DNA from: a virus
Direction: 5' to 3' (one strand)
Virus record (IMG/VR): IMGVR_UViG_3300021468_000001
Span: 10,683 to 74,682 of that record
DNA length: 64,000 nucleotides
The notes under the pieces are model-generated. The model did not search any database and was not told where the DNA came from. It saw only the letters and a list, made by a program, of their open reading frames with translations. The translations under genes were made by a program, and so were the position numbers. Shown here piece by piece: positions 16,708-25,696 of this stretch. How positions within the stretch are numbered: the first letter of the stretch is position 1; each line of letters starts with the position of its first letter.

Positions 16708-19510
16708 GGACAAGTTACGGCGATTGGTAGGGTATCGGCCGGAGAGCAAGGAAGAGTTGTGGTTGTACTACAAAGCGGCGTTTGGGATGGGGCTGGTGCG
16801 AGAAAGTGTCTGTGAGGCACACAGTTCGCAATTAGATTTTGCGTGGGAGATGGTGCGAGGCGGTGCGGGGAACATAATAGCGCTGGCATGTCGGCATGGT
16901 GGGAAGACAAGCACGGCAGCGGCAAGTACGTTGGTGCGGGCAGTTACGCAGCCTGATCTTGATGGATTTGTAATGAGCGGATGTGTTGCACCGTGGCAAT
17001 TTTTGGTAGTGCAGGAAGGTGGGATGGTGTATTGCAAGCCGCTTGGTTGGGCAAAGGCAGGTGACGTGGTATGGACAAAAGAGGGATGGCGGAAGGTTAA
17101 AGCAGTAATGGTAAAGCCTGGGATAGAGGAGTTTTCGCGGCTTCGGACCGCGATAGGAGATATAACGACGACCGGCGACCATCTAATATACATAAAGGAT
17201 GCAATAGATGGGGACCGGAAGTGGGTTCCTGCGAAGGATATAGGGCGTTTGCAGGTGCCGCTAGTCCCGACGCGAGGGGCTGACGGCTCGAGATTGTTAC
17301 CATCGGATGAAAACTCCACGCTCGATCCATATCTGGCTGGAGTGATGGCAGGTCTTCCGGTAGACAAAAAGAGAAGTACAAGCGAAATGCTTTATGTCAG
17401 GTGGGGGTGGCGGGCTCCTGTGGGCATGAAGAGCAAAAAGGGATTGGCTTGGCGAGCTGAGCGCGAGAAGGCATCATGCTTGGGGGCACTAGGGTATGCG
17501 GCAAAGATACTGAAAGGCGTGGGGGTCTATCTTCACATATATGAATGTAGTGGCGAGAAGGAAGGGTCTTTTAGCACAACTGTACCGGTAGCTTCGATTC
17601 CTCGAGCGTATCTCGAACAGGACATTCGTTGGTATTGGCGGTACGATCGCGAGTGGCGGAGGCGCTTTCTGGAAGCATTTTTTGCGGTCGCATTTCGGAA
17701 AACTTCGTATGGGAAGGCGGGATATTTTCGGAGAAATGCTGGGGATGCTATATATTTTAGGGCAAGAGGATTGCCGCAAATCCCGGATCTTGTGAACGAA
17801 CCTCTTTGGCGGCAGGAGATTGCTAAGGCAAGCATAATCCTTTTGCTGAGTTTGGACGTTGCCGAGTTGTGGATGATCCCTACATGGCCGAAGTTCCCAA
17901 CATGGATGCCATATAGTAGTCAGTTTCCTGCATTGGTTTGGTTTAGGCCGGGGTCCTCAATACCGATAACAGATATGCCGTTTAGGTCAGCAGTTTTCAA
18001 GGATAGCACGCTTTACAATCCTGTTTTAATAGAACCGGCTCCTAGCGAGGTTTTTATAGGGAGGGCTGGGATAAAGGACAAGAGAAAGCGGGGCGATCCA
18101 TCGGTATTTTTTGATCTTGAGATTGAGGGCGCCGACAACTTTATGATTCTACCTGGTTGCATCGTTCACAATTCAAAACGGCAGGCACGAAGATTTTATC
18201 AGTTTTTTGAAAAGATGTCGCGGAAGTCTTGGTTTGAAGATGATTTTGATGGTAGGCCGGAGAAGGAGGAAGTGCGATTCAAAACCGGGAGTCGTGTAGA
18301 GATTCTTGCTACTTCGGAAACGTCAGCGCGATCTCCTCATGGGAACTTAATTATTGCCGATGAAGCAGATGCAATTCCATCAGGCGTCTATGAATCGTTG
18401 AATTTTGCGGTTGACCTAACAGACGAAATATCAGATAGGCGCGCCCTGTTCGTTATTACGTCAACGCAGCATAGGCTTGGTGGAAATATCTCGCGATTGC
18501 TCGAGAGATTAGAAGAACAGGGATCGAAGCATACTCGCGTTTTTCGATGGTGCATGAGGGAGGTGATTGCTCCATGCCCGCGCGATGCGGTTTGTGCGAA
18601 TTGCGACTTGTTCAATGATTGTGGAGGTGTAGCAAAAGAAAAGCAAGACGGGTTTCTAACGAGAGAAAAACTGGTTTCATTGAAAGAACGACTGGTTAGT
18701 AAGGATGCGTGGGATCGCGAGATGATGCTGAAGCCGCCTCGAGCAGGCGATACCGCTTGTCCTCTTTTCAGGGATGGATTTCCTTATGTCTATCGCTTCG
18801 ATGCGATGAAAACACTACCTTCTTTTCATGGCTGGGATTTTGGAGTTTCGACGGCGATTGTGTTTGCCAATTTTGATGAGAAGAAACAGCGAGTTTTTGT
18901 CTTTGATGAGCGGCTTATTCAGCATAAAGACCATCAGCACGTTGTTGATGTTGTGAATCGGATAGATGCGTATCACAGACTACCTAACCCGAAATCGTTT
19001 GGAGATCCGCATGGCGGGCAAGATATTCTTACATATGCACGTCTTGGGCATGTAATTTTGTCATATATGGGGCGGAGAAAACAGAGTAGACTAGATGTTC
19101 TAAACTGGTTTATGGAGTATCGGGACGACGGCAAGCCCGGGATTGCAATACATCCGCGGTGCAAACAGCTAAGGCATGAATTGATTGTTGCTACTAGGGG
19201 TGACCTTATTCAGTATGATCCGGTTTCAAAGAAGAGACTTGTAGTTGCAAAAGAAGGATTCCATATCCTAAATGCCCTAATATATCTTTTGGATGGGATT
19301 TATATGGGCCTTGATAGAAGCCGAGAGGTGTTGGCAAGAGAACGGAGAAAAGCGATAAATGCATCTTTGGGGACTGTTCCTCATCCTAATTGGGGAAAGG
19401 GCAAGAGAATTCATAATGAAGGTTCTCCGCCCTTTATCATCGAGCCTGGTGCCCCGCCTTCTCTTGATGGCATTGATGAAGGACTTGACCTTAATGCTGG
19501 CTTAGGTTAA
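16682..19510 (+). CDS. terL: Terminase large subunit with intein
   Basis: Walker A CRHGGKT, SxRQA (after splicing), Walker B IIADEAD, coupling motif ITST, nuclease GWDFG and GDP. Confidence 0.93.
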   Translation: MGARQVTNEDKLRRLVGYRPESKEELWLYYKAAFGMGLVRESVCEAHSSQLDFAWEMVRGGAGNIIALACRHGGKTSTAAASTLVRAVTQPDLDGFVMSGCVAPWQFLVVQEGGMVYCKPLGWAKAGDVVWTKEGWRKVKAVMVKPGIEEFSRLRTAIGDITTTGDHLIYIKDAIDGDRKWVPAKDIGRLQVPLVPTRGADGSRLLPSDENSTLDPYLAGVMAGLPVDKKRSTSEMLYVRWGWRAPVGMKSKKGLAWRAEREKASCLGALGYAAKILKGVGVYLHIYECSGEKEGSFSTTVPVASIPRAYLEQDIRWYWRYDREWRRRFLEAFFAVAFRKTSYGKAGYFRRNAGDAIYFRARGLPQIPDLVNEPLWRQEIAKASIILLLSLDVAELWMIPTWPKFPTWMPYSSQFPALVWFRPGSSIPITDMPFRSAVFKDSTLYNPVLIEPAPSEVFIGRAGIKDKRKRGDPSVFFDLEIEGADNFMILPGCIVHNSKRQARRFYQFFEKMSRKSWFEDDFDGRPEKEEVRFKTGSRVEILATSETSARSPHGNLIIADEADAIPSGVYESLNFAVDLTDEISDRRALFVITSTQHRLGGNISRLLERLEEQGSKHTRVFRWCMREVIAPCPRDAVCANCDLFNDCGGVAKEKQDGFLTREKLVSLKERLVSKDAWDREMMLKPPRAGDTACPLFRDGFPYVYRFDAMKTLPSFHGWDFGVSTAIVFANFDEKKQRVFVFDERLIQHKDHQHVVDVVNRIDAYHRLPNPKSFGDPHGGQDILTYARLGHVILSYMGRRKQSRLDVLNWFMEYRDDGKPGIAIHPRCKQLRHELIVATRGDLIQYDPVSKKRLVVAKEGFHILNALIYLLDGIYMGLDRSREVLARERRKAINASLGTVPHPNWGKGKRIHNEGSPPFIIEPGAPPSLDGIDEGLDLNAGLG
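16982..18172 (+). mobile_element. Intein (397 aa) with degenerate LAGLIDADG-like region
   Basis: Starts C101 (SG/CVAP); block B TTTGDHLIY; block F FFDLEIEGADNF; ends IVHN followed by +1 Ser. Confidence 0.92.
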
Positions 19511-19542
19511 TCTCTGTTTGATACTCGGGGAGGATAACTTAG

Positions 19543-21090
19543 ATGCCGAGTCGAAAAGTGTTTCCGCCTCAACTCCTTCCGGAAAAGTCTAAGGGAGTTC
19601 TCAAAAGCATAGAGGATGGAACTGATGAAAGAAAAAAAGAGCGCCTTTTGCAAGACTATCAGAAGATGCGAGACTGTCCTACCATTAGGTTCTGTTTTTT
19701 TCTTATTTCCTTGCCGATTCGTAGAGCAAGAATTACGTATCAGCATCCAGATGCCGAAATACGAGAGTTTGTGAACAGGAACCTCGCAATTATTAGGCGA
19801 AACCTTACTGAGCATATCCTTGCTGGTCTTGAATTTGGGTTCGCACCATTCGAGAAACGATTTCAGGTAATTGACTCGCGAGTTTTTTACAAAGAGTTTT
19901 TGCCGCTTCGTCCCTGGCATGTGAAAGTCTTGACAGATGGAGTATCTTTCAAAGGAATGAGGCTTTTTAAGCAGCCGATTTATCATGGTGAAGGCGGTTC
20001 ATTTGTTGAGATTCCGCCGAGAAAAAGCTTTATCTATACCCATCAATTCAGATTCATGGACTTTCGAGGCGAATCACTCTACCGTTCAGCGCGGATTCCT
20101 TGGCTTCTTTGGAAAGAAGTGGTACGACTTCACGCGCACACCATGCAGGACCATGCACTTCCGCCGCTTGAGGCGAGAGCGCCTGATGCTGTTCTTACCA
20201 TAAACTATGATGATAGGGTTGAACAAATAACTGCTCGCGAGTTGATGATAAGGGTAGCAGAGGCGATTCGGTCGAGGTCGTCCTATTTGCTGCCTCCCGA
20301 CGAGGATTATGGGATTGAGGCGAAACAAACTGCGCGACAGTGGGACTATGAGAAAGATTACGACCTTTGTGAGCGGATGATTGCTCAATCTTTATTGACG
20401 CCGAGAGACCTTTTTAGGGAAGGTGGCGGATCCTATGCAAAAGCGTACGTCCAGTCGCATTGGTTTGCTGGGATTGTAGATGCTATAGTCGAGGAAATTA
20501 TATCTTTCGTGTTCTCATTTGCGATAGTCCCCATCGTCCGCTATAACTTTGCGAAATACCAGGATCCCGCAATTCATGATTTTGGCAGGCTTTCGTATGA
20601 AAGCTTGTCACTGAAAGACATTGACTTTCTTCAGAAACTTGCGTTGACGATGGTAAAAGAAGGGTTTGCAGATGAAGTACCGGAACCGGCAGAAATTTTG
20701 AAGCGCCTTCACGTACCAATCAAAACCCGCCCGGGCAAGCCGTTGCTTTCGATGCCAATATCAAAGGCATCGCTTTTCGAGAGTCTGAGAAAAGAACTAT
20801 TTGCAGAGATTGCCCGAACGAAAGAAGAGCTTGGGTTCTCCGAATACATTTCTGTTCCACCTCAAGTGATGGCATTCTTGAAAAATTTTGCCGGGAAAAC
20901 AATGGACCTCGTTGAGGAAAGTACGGATCGCGATGCCGTCTTGTCGGATGCGTTGCTTAAGGCGCATTCACTTGCTCGTGCTTTGACGTATACTGCTCTT
21001 GGTTCTAAGGTCTGGAGGGTTGATACTCATGACGATTCTGGATCTATTGAAAGTCCCGCCAGAGAAATACTCGCCTCAAAAGATAAGTGA
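19543..21090 (+). CDS. Portal protein (Mu gp29/DUF935-like)
   Basis: Follows TerL; LEFGFAPFEK, GESLYRSA..PW..K, GSYAKA..VQ, IVRYNF motifs. Confidence 0.88.
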   Translation: MPSRKVFPPQLLPEKSKGVLKSIEDGTDERKKERLLQDYQKMRDCPTIRFCFFLISLPIRRARITYQHPDAEIREFVNRNLAIIRRNLTEHILAGLEFGFAPFEKRFQVIDSRVFYKEFLPLRPWHVKVLTDGVSFKGMRLFKQPIYHGEGGSFVEIPPRKSFIYTHQFRFMDFRGESLYRSARIPWLLWKEVVRLHAHTMQDHALPPLEARAPDAVLTINYDDRVEQITARELMIRVAEAIRSRSSYLLPPDEDYGIEAKQTARQWDYEKDYDLCERMIAQSLLTPRDLFREGGGSYAKAYVQSHWFAGIVDAIVEEIISFVFSFAIVPIVRYNFAKYQDPAIHDFGRLSYESLSLKDIDFLQKLALTMVKEGFADEVPEPAEILKRLHVPIKTRPGKPLLSMPISKASLFESLRKELFAEIARTKEELGFSEYISVPPQVMAFLKNFAGKTMDLVEESTDRDAVLSDALLKAHSLARALTYTALGSKVWRVDTHDDSGSIESPAREILASKDK

Positions 21091-22813
21091 CAGCGAACTC
21101 AAATATGATTTGACGTTGGCTGTGTCTTGGGGTACGAAAGGCGCTCCGGACATAAGACAGAAGGCTCAGAAATACGCGCTCAAGATCATCCCTGAACTTC
21201 TGAAACGAGGGAAAGTCACATTTCATTTTGAGTCCTGGAAAGAAGCGCCGCGCAAATTTTTGGTCGAAATCTTCAAGCGCCTTTTTACTTCAGGGATCTA
21301 TCTTGTTCCCCCGCATGGCGAGATGATCTACAAGGGCCGAAAGACGGCAATTGTTAAGGTCAAACCAGATCAAAGACTCCCGGAAACGTTTTCTGTTCTC
21401 GTGAGCGGGAAACACGCTTTCGGGTTCATACGAGCGAAGGAATCTCGTGAGATTACCGTCGCCGAGTTCCAACGGCTCAAGAAGTATCACCGCATCACCG
21501 AAGATGAGCGAAACTCGTGGTGGCCGAACAAGGAGAAATTCCAGTACTATGAGATTCGCGATTTTTTGCCTTTTGAAAAGCCTCATCCGGTTGAGGTCGT
21601 TCATGGGATCCAGACGAGGATAAAGAAAGTGAGTTTCGACGATGCGTCGTGGGATGATTTCGATGAAGCAGGGGTTGTTTTTCTGGAGAGGCGGAGTCGA
21701 ATTTACAAGCCATTTAACTTCTATATGGGATCACATTTCCAGTATGGACTTCTGAAAAGCCTACTGCGGAAGCAAGACTGGGACCTCTACTGTGAGCCGT
21801 TCTGTGGTTCGGCCAGCGTTTTTTGGGGTCTCCGCCGCGACATTGGAAATGATTTTAAGGCAATCCTTTCCGATTTACACCCGACTGTCATTTTCATATT
21901 TCGCTTTCTGAAAGGGTTGACGCCTGAACAAGCAAAGCGCGTCCGGCAGAAGAACTGCAAGTTCAGTGTTGCTCGATACAAAGAATTCAGGAAATCGAAA
22001 TTTCAAGATCCTGTCGATGAGTTCTTCAGGGCGATCTATGTAGCGCATTTTTCATTCGGCGGTTTGAGAGTTGTTCCTGAAAAGGCTTCTTTGATAGTTG
22101 CCGAAAACAGGATATCTACTTCTTTAGCAATAAAGAGTTGCGAAAGAAGGCTCAGGTCAACGATCGAAAGGCTTGAATATTTTCGAGACGCGTTGAAAAA
22201 CACCACTGTTTTACAGGATGATGCTCTCGTCGTGATCGAAAAGTTCAATTCGAGCAAAACATTTTTCTACATCGACCCGCCATATCAGAAATGGTCTATG
22301 AAGGATGAAGGGGGGAAAGATGGTTTGATTGCAAGGATCCCGGCCTTCAATCGCGTTTTGAAATCGATCAAGGGCCGGTTCATCATGGAGACTACAGGGG
22401 AAAGTCCAATTCTACATGGGATCAAAGGCTTTCATAGAAAGAAAATCGTGCGCAAATCGCCACTCAAATCAGAGAAGAATCTTTCGTTTGTATTTCTTTC
22501 TAACTTCCCCATCGATCCGAAGCTTTCTGTTGTCTTGGATGATGAACCGGAAGATCTTGATGCTTTGCTCGAACGGCTTTCCGAATTGAGTCCGTTCGAG
22601 CTGATTTGCATTCACGGATGGTTGCATGGCGAGGCTGATCAAGAAGATCCAATACCGCAGCATATTGCGATGGCGCATCTTCTTCTTGTTTCCAGAATGA
22701 AACAGATAGGAATGGAACACCGCTGGGAATCGTTTCTTGATGAAGAAAGCGAGATGCTTGCCGCGAAGGCACAGATGATTACTGGCGCTGATTTGGAAGG
22801 GGAGGCTTACTGA
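21029..22813 (+). CDS. Multidomain protein: ASCH-like domain + D12/Dam-class N6-adenine DNA methyltransferase + His-rich helical tail
   Basis: GIYLVPPHGEMIYKGRKTAIVK (ASCH-like); YCEPFCGSASVF, LSDL, FFYIDPPY; RBS GGAGG before ATG at 21029. Confidence 0.82.
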   Translation: MTILDLLKVPPEKYSPQKISDSELKYDLTLAVSWGTKGAPDIRQKAQKYALKIIPELLKRGKVTFHFESWKEAPRKFLVEIFKRLFTSGIYLVPPHGEMIYKGRKTAIVKVKPDQRLPETFSVLVSGKHAFGFIRAKESREITVAEFQRLKKYHRITEDERNSWWPNKEKFQYYEIRDFLPFEKPHPVEVVHGIQTRIKKVSFDDASWDDFDEAGVVFLERRSRIYKPFNFYMGSHFQYGLLKSLLRKQDWDLYCEPFCGSASVFWGLRRDIGNDFKAILSDLHPTVIFIFRFLKGLTPEQAKRVRQKNCKFSVARYKEFRKSKFQDPVDEFFRAIYVAHFSFGGLRVVPEKASLIVAENRISTSLAIKSCERRLRSTIERLEYFRDALKNTTVLQDDALVVIEKFNSSKTFFYIDPPYQKWSMKDEGGKDGLIARIPAFNRVLKSIKGRFIMETTGESPILHGIKGFHRKKIVRKSPLKSEKNLSFVFLSNFPIDPKLSVVLDDEPEDLDALLERLSELSPFELICIHGWLHGEADQEDPIPQHIAMAHLLLVSRMKQIGMEHRWESFLDEESEMLAAKAQMITGADLEGEAY

Positions 22814-25680
22814 TGGGGTCCGACCAAAAGAAAATTCATGCTTCGGAGTTCTTTGCGAGACTTCCTTTTTATAAGATTGTATTCAAAGACTATCTGAAGT
22901 TGGTCGGGTCGGTGGCCATTTCCGGGGCGGGGAACGATCTTGACGTTTTGATTGACGGAGAGCCGTTGCGCGCTGTTGAGTTTAATTTGAAACGAATGTT
23001 CCCGCCATCTATCGCAGAACGCCTCCATGTTTTTCACGATCAAGGGCCTTTCACATCTTATATCCCCCTTGCAGATCTGGTTTTGCAATTCAAACCGCCT
23101 ATGGTTGAGTCGCTTTCTGTTGGCAAGTCGCTTGAACCGGAGGGTAGAAAATCTGCTCGTGAAGACAAGGTTGTTCCTTTTCGGTTTTTCTTTCCGCAGA
23201 AGACTAGAGCAGGATACCACAAGCGTGAGTTTTTTACGGTCGAAGATGCACTGGAAGTTGCTGAGTCAAAATGGTACCCGTGGGTCGGAGAAGAGAAACT
23301 AGATGGAATGCTGTGGGAGGTTCATAAAGTAGGAGACCGGGTTGAGGTCTTTTCTGAAGATGGACGGGAGGTTAATATCAACCAGGCTGGTCCTTTGATA
23401 AACGAGATTCGCTCGCAGCCAGAAGATTTTGTTGCGGTTGGAGAATTGGAGACTTGGCTTGCTCCTGATGCGGCAAAAAAGTTTGGTGAAGAGGTAACTT
23501 CGCAAAAAATGTTCAAGGGGAAGGTTCATGTGGGACGAGCAAAAACTACAGGATACATCCACTCAAGTAAATTTGATCGTGAGTTTGCCGAAGGGCTAAG
23601 GCTTACCTTTCATACTCTTGTTTGGTGGGGGCGCGACGGAAAAGATGATTTCCACAAGAAGCCAGAGATTGAAAGGCTGAAAATCCTTGATAGAATTGTA
23701 AAAGAGGGAGAGCACATCCGAAAGGTTTATTGGCGACTTCTAAAACGCCCAAAAGATGTAAGGCGGTTTTGGGTGGGTGTGTTGCGCGAGCGGGGTTATC
23801 TCGAAGGAATCATGCTGAAGCCGGCAATGGAACGATACTATTTGAATCCTAACCAGGGTCACTGGGTAAAGGTTAAAAAACTATACGAATTGAAAGTTCG
23901 TATCCTTGCCCGTGAACGCGGGAAGACAAAAGAGGGTGTCCCCCTGAACGTTTATCGTTTTGCCTGTGCAATCGAGGGCAAGAAGGGGAATCCGGTTTGG
24001 ATCGGGTGGACATACCATAGGAGGTTCAAAAAAGTTCCGAAGGTTGGTGATGTAATTGAAGTTCGCTTCCAGAATCTTAACAAGTACACCGATCCCAAAA
24101 CAGGGAAAATTTGGATGAACTGGTGGTGCCCGGTTGTTGTGTCCGATGAGCCGGAAAGTGCACAGCCAGACTCCGTCGTAATTGCCGAAAGAATGGTTGC
24201 GGCAAGCAAGGGCGACGTTTCGACGAAGCGCCCACCCAAGGATGTGAGAGATATAATGCGGGGGGTTGGTGTCGAATTCCAAATGACATCTGATGAGGTA
24301 CTCGAAATTTTGGAAAGGACGCCGCCCCTCGATTCTACAAACCTTGCAAAAGTTAGTAAGAATCCCGCGATGCCAAAAGAGATGGTGGAGGCAATAGAAA
24401 AAGCGCGCTCGTTTTCGGTTGACAAGCAGGTTCAGGTTGCAAAATCTAGAAATTACGGAAAGATTCCGCCGCACTTTGGAGTCTTTCAACTCCATTTCAG
24501 AGGTAAAAGTTTGCACATTGACTTTAGGTTTCTCCTGCCAGATCGGGCCAGTTGGTCAGGAAAGACAATCCTTAACCAGATTGAGGGCGTTCCAAGCGAG
24601 CCCGTTACGGCGATTGAAGAAGCGAAACGTTTTGCCAATATGATTCTAAAGAAAAAAGCCGAAGTGTCGAAATTTTATCCGGGGATGCCATCTGGCCAGG
24701 GAGTTGTTGTTATTCCAAAGTTTGAAGGGAAGTCTTCGTTTTTGGAATGGCTGGTTTTAGGTGCAGCGAAAGTAGATTGGCCGCACGCAGGCGCAACAAA
24801 AGAGTTTCCTGGCGTTTTCTACCCGCTAGATTTTGGATGGCATATGCAGACTGTAGATAAGCCTTGGTTTGAAGAGCATTGGATTTTCTTTAAGCACTTT
24901 CGGGGTAGATTGGTATTTCGTGCGCTACCGGCGAGCAAGAAGTATAAAGGAAGGATCGGGAAAGCGCCGATCTTTTGGCGAGCGCACTTTGCCAATCCTG
25001 AATCCCCGCCGTATGTCTTTTCGCGCTCTTTCTTTGATGACCCAGAAGATTGGGTACCCGTTGACTCTGCGCTCCCGCCTCATTGGGAGGCCGTTGTTCC
25101 GAAAGACCTCCGTTGGTGGGAACAATCGTACTCAAAAAAGAAAAGGCTGTCGATGATTGTCGAAGCGCATAATGCATTGATCGAGCAGGGATACTTAAAG
25201 GGAAGGCCTATTTCACTATCTTCTAGTCTTGAGCGTGCAAAGTGGGTGCTCCATGAAATTTCATGGAAAGGGCCTATTCATGTGCGAGGGGAGTGGATAA
25301 GTACATATTACTTGCGTCTTTTTGGCCCGAATGGCATCGAGACGTTTGCGGGAAGCGACAACCCCTTACTGGCTGCAAAGGGAACGAAAATCCCAATGCG
25401 GAAACTTCCGGCTGATGAGGTACCCTTACCGCCACAGGGGAAGGATCAGGATGATTGGCTTCGGTTTGAAGGGAAAATTCCCCCGAAGAGGGCGGACAAC
25501 CCAAATTTGGAAATTGAAGCTGACTGCTCTATCATCGAGTCTGGGGTTGCCGAAATAGAGCGTGATGCTTCACTTCGACGAATTCTTTTAAGACTTGAAG
25601 GAGAGAACTTAAAAGGATACTATACTCTACAGCGAGAAGGGAAAGGTTCGCCGCTCTTCTCGTTTGAGAAAGTCAAGTAG
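22813..25680 (+). CDS. Multidomain protein: pol-beta-type nucleotidyltransferase + ATP-dependent DNA ligase (with OB) + LigD 3'-phosphoesterase-like domain(s)
   Basis: VGS..NDLDVLI; EEKLDG, VGELE, EGIMLK, WVKVK; QLHFRGKSLHIDFRF; C-terminal LEGENLKGYYTL. Confidence 0.82.
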   Translation: MGSDQKKIHASEFFARLPFYKIVFKDYLKLVGSVAISGAGNDLDVLIDGEPLRAVEFNLKRMFPPSIAERLHVFHDQGPFTSYIPLADLVLQFKPPMVESLSVGKSLEPEGRKSAREDKVVPFRFFFPQKTRAGYHKREFFTVEDALEVAESKWYPWVGEEKLDGMLWEVHKVGDRVEVFSEDGREVNINQAGPLINEIRSQPEDFVAVGELETWLAPDAAKKFGEEVTSQKMFKGKVHVGRAKTTGYIHSSKFDREFAEGLRLTFHTLVWWGRDGKDDFHKKPEIERLKILDRIVKEGEHIRKVYWRLLKRPKDVRRFWVGVLRERGYLEGIMLKPAMERYYLNPNQGHWVKVKKLYELKVRILARERGKTKEGVPLNVYRFACAIEGKKGNPVWIGWTYHRRFKKVPKVGDVIEVRFQNLNKYTDPKTGKIWMNWWCPVVVSDEPESAQPDSVVIAERMVAASKGDVSTKRPPKDVRDIMRGVGVEFQMTSDEVLEILERTPPLDSTNLAKVSKNPAMPKEMVEAIEKARSFSVDKQVQVAKSRNYGKIPPHFGVFQLHFRGKSLHIDFRFLLPDRASWSGKTILNQIEGVPSEPVTAIEEAKRFANMILKKKAEVSKFYPGMPSGQGVVVIPKFEGKSSFLEWLVLGAAKVDWPHAGATKEFPGVFYPLDFGWHMQTVDKPWFEEHWIFFKHFRGRLVFRALPASKKYKGRIGKAPIFWRAHFANPESPPYVFSRSFFDDPEDWVPVDSALPPHWEAVVPKDLRWWEQSYSKKKRLSMIVEAHNALIEQGYLKGRPISLSSSLERAKWVLHEISWKGPIHVRGEWISTYYLRLFGPNGIETFAGSDNPLLAAKGTKIPMRKLPADEVPLPPQGKDQDDWLRFEGKIPPKRADNPNLEIEADCSIIESGVAEIERDASLRRILLRLEGENLKGYYTLQREGKGSPLFSFEKVK

Positions 25681-25696
25681 TTTGGGGGTTTGAAGA

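Noticed and set aside
16014-16925. Minus-strand P/S/L-rich ORFs
   Set aside because: Antisense shadows of the purine-rich terS/terL sequence
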